Shown: piece after piece, positions 61,616-64,000 of the stretch
How positions within the stretch are numbered: the first letter of the stretch is position 1
Layout of the letters: each line of letters begins with the position of its first letter
Position numbers and translations under genes: made by a program
From: Selaginella moellendorffii
Taxonomy: Eukaryota > Plantae > Lycopodiophyta
DNA length: 64,000 nt
NCBI RefSeq assembly: GCF_000143415.4
Contig: NW_003314320.1
Location: 734,819 to 798,818 of the forward strand
Reading direction: 5' to 3'
The notes under the pieces: generated by a model
Told to the model about the DNA's origin: nothing
Seen by the model: only the letters and a program-made list of their open reading frames with translations
Database searches by the model: none

Positions 61616-63448
61616 ATGCTCCACTGTCGCAGCGGAGGCGTATGGATCATCCCCAAGTTTCTCATCCGTGGAATCCAGTTCTCGGCACAAAATGCGAGAA
61701 TTTCCCAGGACAGCGTCACGGCGGAGCTGCAAGCTTGCGCCGAGGCCAAGAACCTGCGAGAGGGGCGACGAATCCATGCCCAGATCGCGCAGAGCCCCCA
61801 TCTCTCCGCCAACAATTTCGTGATGAATCAGGTGATGCGGATGTATGGCAAGTGCGGCAGCCCCGAGGAAGCGCGCGGGGTTTTCGATTCGCTCGCTTGC
61901 CCCAACCGGTATTCGTGGAACATCCTCATCGCGGCATTTTCCCAGAACGGGCATTTGGAGGAAGCCAAGCAAATGTTCGACCGCTGCCCTAACAAGGGCG
62001 TGGTGACGTGGAATGCCCTCTTCCAGGCATATGCTCAGAAAGGGCATTTTCTGCAAGCCAAGAATGCATTCGATTCCATGCCAGAGAGGGACGCCATCTC
62101 GTGGAACTCGATGCTCGCCGTGGCCTCGCACCACAATCGCGTAGAGTATGCCAAGAAGATCTTCGATTCAATGCCGGCACTGAGCGTGCGGGCGTGGAAC
62201 ACGATCTGCCAAGCATTTGCCTTAGCGCGGGAATTGCCCGATGCCAAAGAGGCGTTTGATTCAATGCCCGAGAGAGATGTGATCGCGTGGACGACGATGC
62301 TCAATGCGTTCGCCGAGGAATCGGAGGTGTCATGGGTTAGGTTTTTGTTCGATCGAATGCCGGCGTGGGACACTCCCGCTTGGAACGCGCTCGCGCAGGC
62401 ATATGCCCTAGCCGGTGACGCCGCGGGTGCCAAGCGCGTGTTCGATTCCACGCCCCAGCGCGACGTGGTGACATGGACGGGGCTGCTCAACGCCGTCGCT
62501 CAGGGCGGGAATGTCCAGCAGATTGAGTTCCTGTTTGAGAGAATTCCATTCCGGAATGTGGTGACGTGGAATATCCTTGTTCAGGCATATGCCCACTCTG
62601 GGTATCTGGAGAAAGCCCGTGCTACCTTTAACGCGATGCCTACCAGCAACATTTCCTGGAATCTCATGCTAAACGCTTATTCCGATAGCGGCCACGCTAG
62701 CGAAGCCAAGGAGCTGTTTGATAGGATCCCTGACCGGGACGATGTGTCGTGGACGGCGATGCTAACTGCATATGCCCAGAATGGGCATCTGGACGAGGCT
62801 CAAGGGATTTTTGACACGATGCCCCGCCGGAATGTTGTGGCTTGGACGGCCATGATCACGGCGTATGCGCAGCGCGCTCGTGTGGATATATTCGAGGGAA
62901 TCTTCCGGCGTATATCCCAGAGGACCATCTTCTCTTGGAACTCTATGGTGGCGGCATATGCCCAGAACGGGCACGCAGTGGAGGCGGTGATGGTGTTTAG
63001 GGCCATGGCGCTCGAGGGCATCGCGCCAGATCTCATTGGCTTCTCCACTGCGCTGACGGCGTGTAGCCATGGCGGATTGCTTGCCACAGGCTGGCAAATC
63101 TTCGTGTCGATGCGCTGTGATTACGGATTGAAGCCCGGGAAGGATCACTACCGGTGTATGATCGACATTCTTGGTAGATCGGGGAGGATTATCGACGCGG
63201 AGGAGCTGATTCATAGCATGCCCTTCCTCCCCGACGAGATCGCGTGGGCGAGCTTGCTCTCTTCTTGCAAGATCCATCGCAATGCCGCAGCTGGGGCTCG
63301 TGCGGCGGCGGCAGCGCTTCGATTTGATGCCAGGGAGCCGGCCACATTCGTGCTGATGCAGGATCTCTACGCCGCCGCGAGCATCAAGAAAGAAATCGCG
63401 GATCCCTGGATCGGGGAGATTAATGGGGAGTTGGAAGAATATGGATGA
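61616..63448 (+). CDS. PLS-class PPR protein (S-repeat rich) with E domain
   Basis: MYGKCGS, tandem FDSMPERDV..W repeats, HYRCMIDILGRSG...MPF.PD..AW.SLL. Confidence 0.92.
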   Translation: MLHCRSGGVWIIPKFLIRGIQFSAQNARISQDSVTAELQACAEAKNLREGRRIHAQIAQSPHLSANNFVMNQVMRMYGKCGSPEEARGVFDSLACPNRYSWNILIAAFSQNGHLEEAKQMFDRCPNKGVVTWNALFQAYAQKGHFLQAKNAFDSMPERDAISWNSMLAVASHHNRVEYAKKIFDSMPALSVRAWNTICQAFALARELPDAKEAFDSMPERDVIAWTTMLNAFAEESEVSWVRFLFDRMPAWDTPAWNALAQAYALAGDAAGAKRVFDSTPQRDVVTWTGLLNAVAQGGNVQQIEFLFERIPFRNVVTWNILVQAYAHSGYLEKARATFNAMPTSNISWNLMLNAYSDSGHASEAKELFDRIPDRDDVSWTAMLTAYAQNGHLDEAQGIFDTMPRRNVVAWTAMITAYAQRARVDIFEGIFRRISQRTIFSWNSMVAAYAQNGHAVEAVMVFRAMALEGIAPDLIGFSTALTACSHGGLLATGWQIFVSMRCDYGLKPGKDHYRCMIDILGRSGRIIDAEELIHSMPFLPDEIAWASLLSSCKIHRNAAAGARAAAAALRFDAREPATFVLMQDLYAAASIKKEIADPWIGEINGELEEYG

Positions 63449-63524
63449 AGAAGCTCCTCGCGCCAAAATTTCAAACAAAAGTAGCTGTGTTCTAGGGTTC
63501 TTCTTCCTAGGGTTTTTCGGCGCG

Positions 63525-64000
63525 ATGGGGGAGCTGCTGGTGATGGCGGCCATCGCGACTTGCGTGAAGATCCTACTTGTTCCATCCTACCACAGCACGG
63601 ATTTCGAGGTGCACCGCAACTGGCTGGCGATCACGCACTCGCTCCCTGTCGATCGGTGGTATGTCGATGAGACCAGCGAGTGGACGCTGGACTATCCCCC
63701 ATTCTTCGCGTGGTTCGAGCGCCTTCTGTCGGCATTTGCAGCGGTGTGGGATCCCAGGATCGTGGATCTCAGCGCAGGGAAGAATTACGCCAGCTCTTCG
63801 TGCGTGTTGTTCCAGAGGGGGAGTGTGATGGTAGCAGACAGTGTGCTCTACCTTGGACTGTGGAGCTACTGCAAAGGTATGGCACCAGATAAGAGGAAGT
63901 TGGTCTATGCAGTGGTCGTGTTTTCTCCCGGGCTCTTGATCGTCGATCACATCCACTTCCAGTACAATGGATTCCTTCTGGGGATTTTGCTGCTGTCTCT
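63525..64000 (+). CDS. ALG8: Dolichyl-P-glucose alpha-1,3-glucosyltransferase, 5' part
   Basis: YHSTDFEVHRNWLAITHSLP...WTLDYPPFFAWFE...IVDHIHFQYNG. Open to the window edge, so absent from the ORF track. Confidence 0.93.
   Translation, partial: MGELLVMAAIATCVKILLVPSYHSTDFEVHRNWLAITHSLPVDRWYVDETSEWTLDYPPFFAWFERLLSAFAAVWDPRIVDLSAGKNYASSSCVLFQRGSVMVADSVLYLGLWSYCKGMAPDKRKLVYAVVVFSPGLLIVDHIHFQYNGFLLGILLLS

Noticed and set aside
61515-62134. 841-aa minus-strand ORF overlapping the plus-strand PPR gene
   Set aside because: The first ~250 aa are antisense read-through of GC-rich PPR sequence; PPR motifs begin only near 61310.

Overview
This is plant nuclear DNA with very short introns (about 50-70 nt), tightly packed genes and intronless PLS-type PPR genes. 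That pattern best fits the lycophyte Selaginella, which is an inference. Layout: (1) 1-9751, an old chromodomain Ty3/gypsy element carrying two nested copies of a tandem-repeat-rich LTR. (2) About 9.8-12.8 kb, AT-rich decayed sequence. (3) 12.8-39.2 kb, a gene island: PPR, GAUT, mitochondrial phosphate carrier, TypA/BipA, Pol I/III subunit AC19, MATE, PQ-loop transporter, an intronless DUF2945/Hva1-Tudor gene, C2-GRAM, a DUF948-like gene, two convergent AhpC/TSA paralogues, tRNA-Met and a secreted PEBP-like gene. (4) 39.4-58.9 kb, a nest of transposons stacked into the upstream flank of a duplicated tRNA-Glu unit. It holds a 9-bp-TSD element, a gypsy element with 4-bp TSD, Ala-type PBS and -1 frameshift, a self-priming Tcn1/Tf1-like chromovirus lacking RT, and a Helitron-like block containing a GDSL lipase fragment, a decayed gypsy, two solo LTRs and a MITE. 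(5) 59.3-64 kb, tRNA-Glu, tRNA-Met, two head-to-head PPR genes and the start of ALG8. The strongest leads are the microbial-type DUF2945 gene behind an ABRE/DRE cluster, the secreted PEBP-like protein lacking the canonical motifs, the self-priming RT-less retrotransposon, the frameshift pseudoknot, and a structured ~70-nt motif shared by otherwise unrelated LTR families. All family assignments come from motif recognition by eye; no database search was run.
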